Source of the DNA: Candidatus Bathyarchaeota archaeon
Lineage (GTDB): Archaea > Thermoproteota > Bathyarchaeia > Bathyarchaeales > Bathycorpusculaceae
Length of the DNA: 64,000 nucleotides
Direction: 5' to 3'
Assembly (NCBI GenBank): GCA_963782525.1
Contig: CAWAKC010000001.1
Coordinates: 96,001 to 160,000 of the forward strand
The notes under the pieces: model-generated
Databases searched by the model: none
What the model saw: the letters and a program-made list of their open reading frames with translations, nothing else
What the model was told of the DNA's origin: nothing
In this document: positions 44,368 to 53,745 of the stretch, in pieces
Position numbering within the stretch: the stretch's first letter is position 1
Layout: the number at the start of each line of letters is the position of its first letter
Position numbers and translations under genes: made by a program

Positions 44368-45828
44368 CTACTCTTTTCCCTTTAGCAGTAACCAGTCATT
44401 GTCGCCAGCCTTTTTAAGCCGTACCAGAATGTAGCGTCCCTTGAGGCGTTGGCCGTCTAGGGTGACTTCGATTATGTCGTTCTCCCAGAGTTTAGCTTCG
44501 TAGTGTCCCTTATCCCAGATTTTCACAGTTCCAGCGCCATATTGCCCTTTGGGGATTTCGCCCTCAAAGCTGCCGTATTCGTAGGGGTGGTCTTCGGTTT
44601 CCACCGCTAAAACCTTCTGTCCAGCCTCAGGCATCCCCTTTGGAACTGCCCAGCTCTTGAGAACTCCATCCTTTTCCAATCTAAAGTCATAGTGGAGTCG
44701 TCTGGCATGGTGCTCTTGGATAACAAAGATGAGTTTATCCCCTTTTTTCTCTGGAACGCCTTTAGGTTCGGGGGTTTCTCCAAAATGACGTTTAGAGGCA
44801 TATTCAGACAGTTTCTCGTCTACTTCTGAAGCCTTTTCTTTGGCTCCACCTATATCCTCTCCGACACCTTCACTTTTTTTGGTTTCCAAGATTTGGTCAA
44901 TCGTACATTGTTCAGGTGGCTTATCATCTCTTAACCGTTTAAACCGTGCCATACGCAAACGCATATCCCTTGTTAACACTTGATAGGCGACTTCGCAAAC
45001 GAGTTTGGGTTCAAGCCACGTGACCACGTCGCCGGCTTCTGGCTTAAAGGGCGCAAGGTCAGTTTTTATTTTCTCAAATTTATCAGATAAAACCCCAATC
45101 ATCTGCTGAGTAAAACCCGTGCCCACCTTGCCCACATAGACAGGTTTACCGTTATCATAAACACCAAGCAACAGGGCGCCAAAAGTTTTCGCCCTAACCG
45201 CTTCGCCTCTTGTGTGCCCAAAGATTACGCAGTCACATGTTTTTAGTTTTTTTATCTTCAACCAACTCCCAGTCCGCAAACCTTCCTCGTATTGACTATC
45301 CTTGCGCTTCGCTACAACCCCCTCTAAGCCCTTTTCCAACACCAATTTGAAGTAGGATTCGCCTTTTTCTTCGATAAAATCGCATAAAAGCACGTTTGAG
45401 CCTTCAGGCAATGAGTCTTTCAGGATGGCTTTGCGCTCCATCAGTGGCAGTTCAGTCAGCGACTTTCCATCTTTCTCCAATATGTCAAAAACGATGTAGA
45501 CTACGGGGGCTCGACCTTCTTGGCGCTGGATTTCCCTCGTTGAAACGGCTTGCCCCCGTTCGAGGAGCGATTGGAAATCGGGTTTGCCCTCCCGCATCAC
45601 GATGATTTCGCCGTCAACAACTATGTTGTGGGCAAGCTTTGTTAGTTCCTGCAACTCGGAAAAATTTTGTTTCAACTCTTTCTCATTTCGACTCTTGAGG
45701 CTAAAGGGCTCCTCTACGTAAGCGATGGCGCGGAACCCGTCCCATTTAACCTCGAAAATCCAGTCCTTATCCGAAAAAGGCTCCTCAGCAACCTTTGCAA
45801 GCATAGGCAGGTAGATGCGGCGGCTCAT
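44368..45828 (-). CDS. ligD: LigD-type ATP-dependent DNA ligase fused to a C-terminal 3'-phosphoesterase (PE) domain
   Basis: PMLA, EVKWDGFR, EGVVAK, WLKIK and KVGTGF ligase motifs, followed by HHARRLHYDFRLE, SWAVPKG, EDHP and YGAG PE motifs. Confidence 0.93.
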   Translation of the reverse strand: MSRRIYLPMLAKVAEEPFSDKDWIFEVKWDGFRAIAYVEEPFSLKSRNEKELKQNFSELQELTKLAHNIVVDGEIIVMREGKPDFQSLLERGQAVSTREIQRQEGRAPVVYIVFDILEKDGKSLTELPLMERKAILKDSLPEGSNVLLCDFIEEKGESYFKLVLEKGLEGVVAKRKDSQYEEGLRTGSWLKIKKLKTCDCVIFGHTRGEAVRAKTFGALLLGVYDNGKPVYVGKVGTGFTQQMIGVLSDKFEKIKTDLAPFKPEAGDVVTWLEPKLVCEVAYQVLTRDMRLRMARFKRLRDDKPPEQCTIDQILETKKSEGVGEDIGGAKEKASEVDEKLSEYASKRHFGETPEPKGVPEKKGDKLIFVIQEHHARRLHYDFRLEKDGVLKSWAVPKGMPEAGQKVLAVETEDHPYEYGSFEGEIPKGQYGAGTVKIWDKGHYEAKLWENDIIEVTLDGQRLKGRYILVRLKKAGDNDWLLLKGKE

Positions 45829-46661
45829 TTCTGCTCCAACTGTCTGAGGGTTTCCCGCAGGGCAACCATGAGGCCTTTGGCTTCGATTTCTGGAGGTTTC
45901 TCAATGTGGATTTTTTCGCCTTTCACTTTTTGTTTTACGAGTTCCTGCACTCGCTCCATGTAAGTGTCTTTGAATTCTGTTATATCGAATTCGCCTGAAA
46001 GGTCAGTGACGATTTTTACTGCAAGGTCTAATTCAGTTTTTTGGGGGGTTTCAAGCTTGTTTAAGGGTTCAAAATCTGTGGGGTCTACAACATCGTAGGC
46101 GTAACGTAGAGTCGTTAGAACCAAGGCTCCTTTGTAAGTGTGCAGAAGCGCTGGATATTCTTTGGTTCGGAGCATGATTCGTCCAGCGCCCGCCTTGTTT
46201 GTTTTTTCCAGCGCCTTTAACAATAAACTATAGGCATCTTTGCTTTTGTCAGGCAACAAAGCGTACGTTCTGTCAAAGTAGACAGGATCCACTGAAAAGT
46301 AATCGACAAACTTGCTTATGCGGATGCGCTTGTCGGATTCGGGTTTAGCCTCCTTAAGCTCCTTTTGGTCAAAGGTGATGTACTCGTTTTTAGCGACTTC
46401 GTAGCCGCGAACAACCTCATTCCAGGGCACTATTTTGTCATCTTTGGTGCACATCTTTACGTACTTTAAGGGTTGACCGTCGGTTTTATGCAGAAAATGA
46501 AACGCGATGCCCTTATCATAAATCATCGAAAACAACTTTACTGGAACATTCACCAAGCCAATCGTGATGTTTCCTGACCAAATGGATCTACTGGGGGCAG
46601 AAGCACTGGTTTTCTCTGTTGACTGATCGAGGTTTTCTTGTTCTTCTTGCTCTAAACTCAA
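45825..46661 (-). CDS. ku: Prokaryotic Ku DNA end-binding protein
   Basis: RSIWSGNITIGLVNVPVKL, VRGYE, DPVYFDRTY, FKDTY and LMVALRETL motifs. Confidence 0.95.
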   Translation of the reverse strand: MSLEQEEQENLDQSTEKTSASAPSRSIWSGNITIGLVNVPVKLFSMIYDKGIAFHFLHKTDGQPLKYVKMCTKDDKIVPWNEVVRGYEVAKNEYITFDQKELKEAKPESDKRIRISKFVDYFSVDPVYFDRTYALLPDKSKDAYSLLLKALEKTNKAGAGRIMLRTKEYPALLHTYKGALVLTTLRYAYDVVDPTDFEPLNKLETPQKTELDLAVKIVTDLSGEFDITEFKDTYMERVQELVKQKVKGEKIHIEKPPEIEAKGLMVALRETLRQLEQK

Positions 46662-46714
46662 AATTTTAACTCTCCAAAACCGTCAAAATCTGATTAAAAT
46701 AACTATGCGGCTTC

Positions 46715-46729
46715 AAAGGTTTAACCTTT
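46715..46729. promoter_or_regulatory. Palindrome AAAGGTT-T-AACCTTT overlapping the putative BRE/TATA of the ku operon
   Basis: Minus strand reads GAAAAAGGTTAAACC about 55-70 nt upstream of the ku TTG; GGAG RBS present. Confidence 0.4.
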
Positions 46730-46797
46730 TTCCGACTCCTATCATGATGAAAGAGAAGTGCCATGCTCTTATCTAAAAGTTTTTGTCCCCGCTTAGC

Positions 46798-48005
46798 TTA
46801 TGATTTTCTATTTGGGAACTGCACCATGTTGGCTTTCATGGCTGAAAGTGCTGCTTCTGCCTTTGGACCGCCTAAGTCTTTGGCAACTTCTTTTAGTTTC
46901 TCAGGGATGTTTATGTGCTGTGGATACCGTTCCAAGCATTTTTTGCATCCTTTACACAACGCCGCATCCGCTCGTGAACCCGTCAAACCACCCATCAGGA
47001 ACATAGCGTACATGCTACGAGTTTGTTGCTCGTCGCCTGACAAGTACAGTTCGTTGTAGGCTTGGAAGTTGCGGGGGATGTTTACGCCGTTTATGCAGGG
47101 CAAACAGTATTGGCAACCAGTGCAAGAAACCTTGAGGAGTTTTCGGTAAGCATCAGCAACCTGTTTTATCAATGCGAGTTCATTTGGATTCATGGAGTTT
47201 GGCAAGGCGACTTCAGCAGTTCTAATGTTTTCCATCACTTGGCTTTCCTCGTTCATGCCAGAAAGTACAAGGGTTACTTCAGGATGATTCCAAACCCACC
47301 GTAGTCCCCACTCAGCAGGACTTCGCTTAACTGCTGCATCATCATAGAATTTTTTAGCTTCGTTGGGTAGTTTATTTGCTAAGCTGCCGCCACGTAGAGG
47401 CTCCATAACCATGACTGCAAGCTTTTTTGAAGCAGCATACTTGAGACCTTCGGTACCCGCCTGCAGTTTTTCATCAAGGAAGTTGTACTGGATTTGGCAC
47501 ATAGTCCAGTCATTGGCTGCGATGATTTCTTTAAAAGTGGGAAGAGAACCATGGAAGGAGAATCCCATGTTAACGATTTTTCCTTCTGCTTTGGCTTTCT
47601 CCAAAAATTTTATGACTCCAAATCCCTGCAGTTTCTTCCAGAACTCGGCTTCTAACCCATGTAACAGGTAGTAGTCTATGTGTTCAGTTTGGAGTTTCTG
47701 CAACTGCAAGTTAAGCATTTTCTCCATATCTTCGGCCCGTCTAAGCATGAATGGGGTGAGTTTTGTGGCGACTTTGACTTTGTTTCGGTAGCCATCGAGC
47801 AGGGCTTTACCGAGGATTTTTTCGCTTTCACCCATATGGTAGGGGGAGCGGAGTCAACATAGTTTACGCCGTTGTCTATTGCAAGGCGGATTTGTTTAAT
47901 AGCGCGTTCTTCATCGACAACTTGCCCTTTCATGGGTAGACGCATACATCCGAACCCGAGGGCGGATAGTTTGTCGTTATTTTTTGGAACAATCCTGTAT
48001 TGCAT
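46798..48005 (-). CDS. Aldo/keto reductase with a C-terminal ferredoxin-like domain; frameshift at the G5 run near 47845
   Basis: LGFGCMRLP, VATKL, YYLLH, MEPLRGG and CTGCQYCLPC motifs. Confidence 0.9.
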
Positions 48006-48081
48006 GACTTCACACTCAAAGATTAGGTACTAAATAGCAAAAATAACGCATAACTTTTAAAGATTAACCAACTCTGAAAAA

Positions 48082-48957
48082 TTAGAGTTTCAAGACTGCT
48101 CTTTTTTCAAAAATATCTTTCCACGGATTACCCGTCCGCTTAACTACAGTAGAAATAGTGTAGTCGGTTGGGTTTATTCCTTTCTTCACTTCATTCCACT
48201 CCAAGGGAGTTGAAACGGTAGCGTCAGGCGTCGGACGCAAACTGTAGGGAACAACCATCGTGCGCAAAGGCGAATTCTGCAAGTAATCAGCAAAAACTTT
48301 GCCGGGCTTCTTGGTGTCCTTGAATTCGGATACAACCAGTTCACTTTCTTTTGTCAGCTCAACGCCAACTTCATGAACAAAAGCCCTCGCTTTCGCAAAG
48401 GAATATTCAGGTTCAATGGGAATTACAACATGCAACCCTTTTTTGCCCGAAGTCTTCACAAAAGGAGTAAGTCCTAAGTCAAGAAGCTTATCTTTCAACA
48501 ACAACGAAGCTTCCGCAGCGTCACTCAAAGTTGCAGGCGGTTCAGGGTCAACATCAAAGAACAGCAAGTCAGGCGTATCCAAGGCGTCGATTTTGGAGAA
48601 AGGCATATGGATTTCCAAAGAAGCCAAGTTCGCCAGCCAAATGAGCGTGTCTAAGTCATTGCAAACGATGTAGTAAACATCCCGCTTCGAGGTTGGTGAG
48701 TAGATTTTTTTGGTTTTGACCCAGTAGGGGGTTCCTTCGGGTGCATTCTTTTCGAAAAAACTAACCTTATCGCCCTCGATGCCATCTGGGTACCTGGTTA
48801 AAACTAAAGGTCTGTCGGCTATGACGGGGAGAATTTTTGGAGCCATCCGAATGTAATATTCAACAACTTGGCCTTTGGTTACTTTGTTTTTGGGATAGAA
48901 GACTTTGTCGAGGTTTTTTAAGTCAACTTTAGTTAAGTCTTTGAGTTCTTCGGTCAT
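48082..48957 (-). CDS. Stand-alone LigD polymerase (AEP primase-polymerase) domain
   Basis: NLDKVFYP, RYPDGI, FFEK, FDVDP, KTSGKKGLHV, DYLQN, PYSLR and STPLEW motifs. Confidence 0.93.
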   Translation of the reverse strand: MTEELKDLTKVDLKNLDKVFYPKNKVTKGQVVEYYIRMAPKILPVIADRPLVLTRYPDGIEGDKVSFFEKNAPEGTPYWVKTKKIYSPTSKRDVYYIVCNDLDTLIWLANLASLEIHMPFSKIDALDTPDLLFFDVDPEPPATLSDAAEASLLLKDKLLDLGLTPFVKTSGKKGLHVVIPIEPEYSFAKARAFVHEVGVELTKESELVVSEFKDTKKPGKVFADYLQNSPLRTMVVPYSLRPTPDATVSTPLEWNEVKKGINPTDYTISTVVKRTGNPWKDIFEKRAVLKL

Positions 48958-49219
48958 AGTTTTGCTCCAAAAATCAGCGTTATCTAATGTTAGGTGGAGC
49001 TTGTTTTTCTGCTTTTTGGAAGCCCACACATACCTTTGGCAGATTACACAAACGTTCAAGTTTTCCTTGAAAAACACGTTTTTTAGCAGTTACATCTATA
49101 TAGCTAAGGGGGCATTACTAGTAAATTGCGGAAGTTAATCTAGAAAAAGTAAATTTTAGGGCTAACTTAGTTTGCTGTTTCCAAGATTATTCGCTAAATT
49201 AAAGGAGAATAAAATAAGT

Positions 49220-49846
49220 ATGAAACCAAAAAAGCCCACCCTTGAAGACCAGCTTGCCTTCATCGCTACACAGCATGAAGTGTACCCAACCGAGCTCTTC
49301 CAAGCCTTAATTGAGGCAAAAGAGCAGGGTAAACCGATGTCGGTCTCAGATTTAACTGTAGAATACCGGGGAAATGTTACAACCCAAGCAATCTTTCTAA
49401 TTACAAAAGATACCAAAGTAGTGGCTCAGTTTCGGGTCCCAGATGAAACCCTTGCAAGAACCGACGTTTCATTCGATCATTCGATGGACACGAACAAAGT
49501 ACGCAAAGAAATCGCCCGCCAAAACCCAGCGCCCTCACACTACAAAATAGAGAATCTACGCGTCGGCATGAAAAAAATCAATGTTGCCGCCGAAGTTCTG
49601 CAGACCGCTGAACCCGCTAAAGTTCATACACAATTCCGAGACAACGCCGTCGTTTCTAACGCATCCATCGGGGATGATACAGGAAAAATTCTGCTTTGCC
49701 TGTGGGATCAACAGATAGGCTCAGTTCACGTCGGCGACTTCATAGAAGTCAAGAATGCTCATGTAGCCATGTTTAAAGGCGAAAAACAGCTGAGACTCGG
49801 TAAGAACGGGTCAATCACCATTTTAGAAAAACCCATAGAAAACTAA
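49220..49846 (+). CDS. OB-fold single-stranded nucleic-acid-binding protein (crenarchaeal SSB-like C-terminus plus an extra N-terminal domain)
   Basis: IGDDTGKILLCLWD and IEVKNAHVAMFKGEKQLRLGK. Confidence 0.8.
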   Translation: MKPKKPTLEDQLAFIATQHEVYPTELFQALIEAKEQGKPMSVSDLTVEYRGNVTTQAIFLITKDTKVVAQFRVPDETLARTDVSFDHSMDTNKVRKEIARQNPAPSHYKIENLRVGMKKINVAAEVLQTAEPAKVHTQFRDNAVVSNASIGDDTGKILLCLWDQQIGSVHVGDFIEVKNAHVAMFKGEKQLRLGKNGSITILEKPIEN

Positions 49847-50013
49847 ACGACACTTTATTTTTTTATTTAAAGCAGTCAATTTTTAATTTTCAGATAAAAA
49901 GCGTTTTCAAATATTGCCGATTTCTCAAGTATTAACAAAGGCAAAAAACCATTTTTACCAAACAGACAAGAAAGTGAAAATTAAAAAATAAAAATGTTGA
50001 TGAAAATACGTTT

Positions 50014-50394
50014 TTAAACGTATTTTTTGTCGTTATAGCAGTACCATCTTTGGTATTGAGGTATCCAAGTTAAGGGTCTACCGCATGTTGGGCACATCGG
50101 CTGTGTTGTCTGTGTTTGGGCTTGTTGGACTGGTTGAGCTACAGCTTGAGTTGGCTGATATGTGTTTTGAACCATCTGTGGCTTTAGAAGGATGAAGTCT
50201 GTTGCGGCTTGCACATCTTCCCATGCGACGGTTTGGATTTCGCCACTGTCACTTTCAACTGTTAGTGCAATTCCATTTTTTCCAACGGAGAAAGCGAGGT
50301 CCTTTACTTTTCCTATTAGGCGCCCTTTTGCATCTATAACTTGCATCGAAACTAATGCGTCTCTGGTTAATGGTTTATCAGTTGTTTTTTCCAT
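50014..50394 (-). CDS. PRC-barrel protein with a Q-rich linker and a C-terminal zinc-ribbon-like motif
   Basis: QVIDAKGRLIGKVKDL...AWEDVQAATDFILL, then CPTCG...WYCYND. Confidence 0.8.
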   Translation of the reverse strand: MEKTTDKPLTRDALVSMQVIDAKGRLIGKVKDLAFSVGKNGIALTVESDSGEIQTVAWEDVQAATDFILLKPQMVQNTYQPTQAVAQPVQQAQTQTTQPMCPTCGRPLTWIPQYQRWYCYNDKKYV

Positions 50395-50463
50395 CTTGAC
50401 TCACTACTCTTCTCTTAGGGAATTCGGGTTTAAAGTTTTTTCGTTTCTACCTCAAACCACAGT

Positions 50464-50985
50464 CTATTGTAGAGGGATTTCCCAGTAACTTATTATGTCG
50501 CCTTTCACCCATTTGCCGCCTAAACTTCTCACAACCTCATTGATGTCATCCCATTCAGCCTTCAAGAACACCACAGGCTTAGCAACCACACAATCCGCTT
50601 TAACGGTGAAGCTAAGCAATTTTCGCTGTTCAGGACTAAATTCATTCTCCATTTTGCTTGCCATCCGACTTGGCTGGGGCGTAGGGAGCTTCGCAACCAT
50701 AGATTTAGCTTCGAGCACAACTTGAGGTTTCATCCCTGCGGCAGGCTTAGATACAATTTTTAATTCCGTAGTTTTAGATAGAAGAATCTCTGGTATCGGC
50801 ATGGATTCGGCAACGTCCTCGAAACTTTCACTTCTGACAACCATGGAAATTTGCTTGGTGAACAGGTCCATTTTTACATCTAAAATTTCAGCATCGCTTG
50901 GCAAGGTAGAAGAAAATGGGGATGCTTTGCCTTGGAGCAAACCTGAAAGGGATTCAGGCGTTAGTTTGACGATTCGGATTTTCAT
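50464..50985 (-). CDS. Hypothetical protein (two small domains joined by a P/K-rich linker)
   Basis: Clean ATG-started ORF; EWDDINEVVRSLGGKWV motif. Confidence 0.65.
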   Translation of the reverse strand: MKIRIVKLTPESLSGLLQGKASPFSSTLPSDAEILDVKMDLFTKQISMVVRSESFEDVAESMPIPEILLSKTTELKIVSKPAAGMKPQVVLEAKSMVAKLPTPQPSRMASKMENEFSPEQRKLLSFTVKADCVVAKPVVFLKAEWDDINEVVRSLGGKWVKGDIISYWEIPLQ

Positions 50986-51068
50986 TTACAGCCGCTCAAA
51001 TTGCCTTTAGGGACTGATAACTTAAAAATATTTTCTATCTATATAAAAAAAGGAAGTTAAGAAAAAGT

Positions 51069-51698
51069 TTACGTGAGTTTGGTGGCTCGGCGATTGCGCC
51101 ATTCTACAAAAGTGCCCGAGTATACTCCCCAGCACATCAGCCTAGGTGTAACTGTTCTCAGTAAAGCTGGGCATACAGCAAGTTGAATGACGAAGTTGAG
51201 AGCAAAGGTAGCAAGCATCACAACTGCGAAGGAGAAATCGCCTATTAGGCTGAATCCTAGTACCCCGATATTGAATAGGTACGTATATTGCCATAGGATA
51301 TAGGCTGTTCCGATAAACAGTGTAATGGCGTAGATAGCAACAAGGATGAGAAGGCTTCTTTTTTGCTTACTGCTTACAGCATTTCTCGGGATGAGAAGCC
51401 AATTTAAGCCGAAGATGATTAACGCTGTTACTGATTCTACCCATGCAGCGTAAGGAGGTACTTGCTCAACATATACGCCGCCAATAAAAGCTCCGATCAT
51501 GCATCCTGCAAGACCACTCCACCCAAACCATACAGGAAAGACACCTAGTAAAATTACTGGAAGGTAAAGAAGGGTAAATCCGGGTAGCATACCTGGAGCT
51601 GATCCATAAAATAATATGGCGTAAATTGCGGCTACCATTGCAGTTATTGCAACTTGTTTTGCTTTACTTTGTTGGGCCATCATCAGTTCAATGTTCAA
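51069..51698 (-). CDS. QueT-like ECF-type membrane substrate-binding protein
   Basis: AITAMVAAIYAIL N-terminal helix, GCMIG, about 5-6 TMs. Confidence 0.55.
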   Translation of the reverse strand: MNIELMMAQQSKAKQVAITAMVAAIYAILFYGSAPGMLPGFTLLYLPVILLGVFPVWFGWSGLAGCMIGAFIGGVYVEQVPPYAAWVESVTALIIFGLNWLLIPRNAVSSKQKRSLLILVAIYAITLFIGTAYILWQYTYLFNIGVLGFSLIGDFSFAVVMLATFALNFVIQLAVCPALLRTVTPRLMCWGVYSGTFVEWRNRRATKLT

Positions 51699-51869
51699 TC
51701 CTTATGTTTTAGCAATGAACGGTTTCAAAGATGAGATTACATAAAAGCATTGTCATTCGTCTTACGGATGTAATACAAATATGGATGAGCGACGATTTTC
51801 AAATAGCCAACTATAAAAGTTCCCATCGCAGAGAAATAAAAGCATAAGCAAATCAATCGCTGGGAAAAA

Positions 51870-52796
51870 ATGACTAACCAACAGCGCAAAAAAATCGTTA
51901 TGGTCATCGCAGTCACAATCCTAATCGCCTTGAATCTATATACATTCATTGCAGCTTACCCAGAAACCTACACGCCCTCACCAGGCATCAACACTCAAGG
52001 CACCATACTCGCAAAAGATTTTTCGGCCTATTACGTGGGCGCATGGAGACTCTGGAATAATCCGTCGCAAGTTTTTCATTTCGGCGCATTAGGCGGAGCT
52101 GAGCCTCTCACGCCGCCGCAACCTGAAGCCTACAAGTACCTGCCCTCATTTCTAGTAATTGCATCGCCTTTGCTATCGCTGGATTACCAACAAGCCTTGT
52201 TAGCTTTTGACATTGTTCAGTTTTTGTTTCTACCCATAATGGCATGCATGCTCTACAAACTCTTAGAATCCAAACACCTTGCCGTAACCTTTGCTGTAAT
52301 GGTTATTGCATTGCTGCTGCCGTTCCCATCTCCGAATGGGGGCTTATCTCTAAGTTACTATTGGCAATGGGGTGAAGGACAAGCCAAAGTATTTCTCGCG
52401 TTTCTGCTTCTTCTCGGCTTCTACCTTGGCAGTAAAGGCAGGCCAGTGCTGTCGGGAGTTGCGTTGGCACTGGGATTTTTCGATGTAAGATTTGGCTTGC
52501 TTGCCCTTCCACTCTTCATAATGTACAACCGCAAAAACCTCAAAACAGCAATCCCAAGCGCAATCGCAGCATTAGCGCTCTCAAACATTTTGTTGCTTTA
52601 TCCAGGCATGGGCGCAGGGTTCATAAGCATGGTTTTTGGCTCAGGAATCACAACACCACTTTACTATTACGCGCTCATACCATTCCTCACTTTAATGGCA
52701 TTGATAGTTGTTAATTTCAAAGAGTTGGTTGCAGCATTCGATTACAAAAGACTCTTTGCCAGATTCACGGGTCCATCAGAAACAACAGAAAAGTAA
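51870..52796 (+). CDS. GT87 (DUF2029) GT-C glycosyltransferase
   Basis: DFSAYY, YKYLP and GQ motifs with multiple TMs. Confidence 0.75.
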   Translation: MTNQQRKKIVMVIAVTILIALNLYTFIAAYPETYTPSPGINTQGTILAKDFSAYYVGAWRLWNNPSQVFHFGALGGAEPLTPPQPEAYKYLPSFLVIASPLLSLDYQQALLAFDIVQFLFLPIMACMLYKLLESKHLAVTFAVMVIALLLPFPSPNGGLSLSYYWQWGEGQAKVFLAFLLLLGFYLGSKGRPVLSGVALALGFFDVRFGLLALPLFIMYNRKNLKTAIPSAIAALALSNILLLYPGMGAGFISMVFGSGITTPLYYYALIPFLTLMALIVVNFKELVAAFDYKRLFARFTGPSETTEK

Positions 52797-52825
52797 CTGT
52801 TATGTCTTTGGACGTTTCCAAGAAA

Positions 52826-53074
52826 TCAGACGAATACTATTACTACAATTCCAGAAAGTATAGTGCTGTATCTAGCCAGTAGTTTGAACCAAGAGGGTGG
52901 TCTAGGCCCATCCTTTGTTGCTTCGTTTAGCCCCAAAGCTATAGTCACTACGCCTAATATTAACGCTAAAGTTTTGAGTATTATAGATAGCTTGTGCCTC
53001 AACTTTTCTGGCGCCTCCTTGATTTTGCAGATTTCCATGTATTCTATGCGGAGTTTTGTCAAATATAAGAGCAT
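52826..53074 (-). CDS. Small two-TM hypothetical protein
   Basis: Two hydrophobic helices; start uncertain. Confidence 0.4.
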   Translation of the reverse strand: MLLYLTKLRIEYMEICKIKEAPEKLRHKLSIILKTLALILGVVTIALGLNEATKDGPRPPSWFKLLARYSTILSGIVVIVFV

Positions 53075-53137
53075 TTTTTCAGATGAAATTTGGTTATCGA
53101 GAACTAACAGATATTAGCTTGGAAAGATCATTCTATA

Positions 53138-53569
53138 GTGTGGGTGCAGTTATTGAAGCTAAAGCTACAGATATTCACGCAAGATAACCTTGAAGGCAAC
53201 TACGTAGGCAGGCACTACCGCATCGCCGTAGTTGACTCGGATAAATCTAAGAGTTATCCATCGAATTTTATCTGTATGCTGCCATCTCAGATAAGTGTGG
53301 ACCAAAAAAAGAACAATGTTTTTTCAAAGATGTTCGGCGACAAATGTCAAGAACAAGCCAAAGTGCTCTTAACCCATGCTTTAGTGAGCGAGAATGACTC
53401 GGATGTAAAAAACGAGATTGAACGAAGACTCAAACTTCTCGACCCAAAAACCGTTAACCAGATAAAATGCAGCTCATGCGGAAAACTCTACCAGCCCCGA
53501 CGAATAAAACGGTTTAAACGAAATTATTGTCAAGAATGCATGACCAAAAGCTATGGCAATCGTGGATAG
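53138..53569 (+). CDS. Hypothetical protein with a C-terminal zinc ribbon
   Basis: CSSCG...YCQEC motif. Confidence 0.65.
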   Translation: MWVQLLKLKLQIFTQDNLEGNYVGRHYRIAVVDSDKSKSYPSNFICMLPSQISVDQKKNNVFSKMFGDKCQEQAKVLLTHALVSENDSDVKNEIERRLKLLDPKTVNQIKCSSCGKLYQPRRIKRFKRNYCQECMTKSYGNRG

Positions 53570-53745
53570 ATTAAGGAAGTGGTCTGTTTACTTCGCGATT
53601 GAAAAAACCCAAGCTGAAAGGGAGAGAGCTTCTCAACCGCTTCACAAGCTCTCCTCACAATCAACTAAGCGTTTCCACGCTGATTAAAGGGTTAACAAAC
53701 AGTTCAGCAAAAAACCTGAGTGTTGGTTTGAGCAGAAAAAACGTT

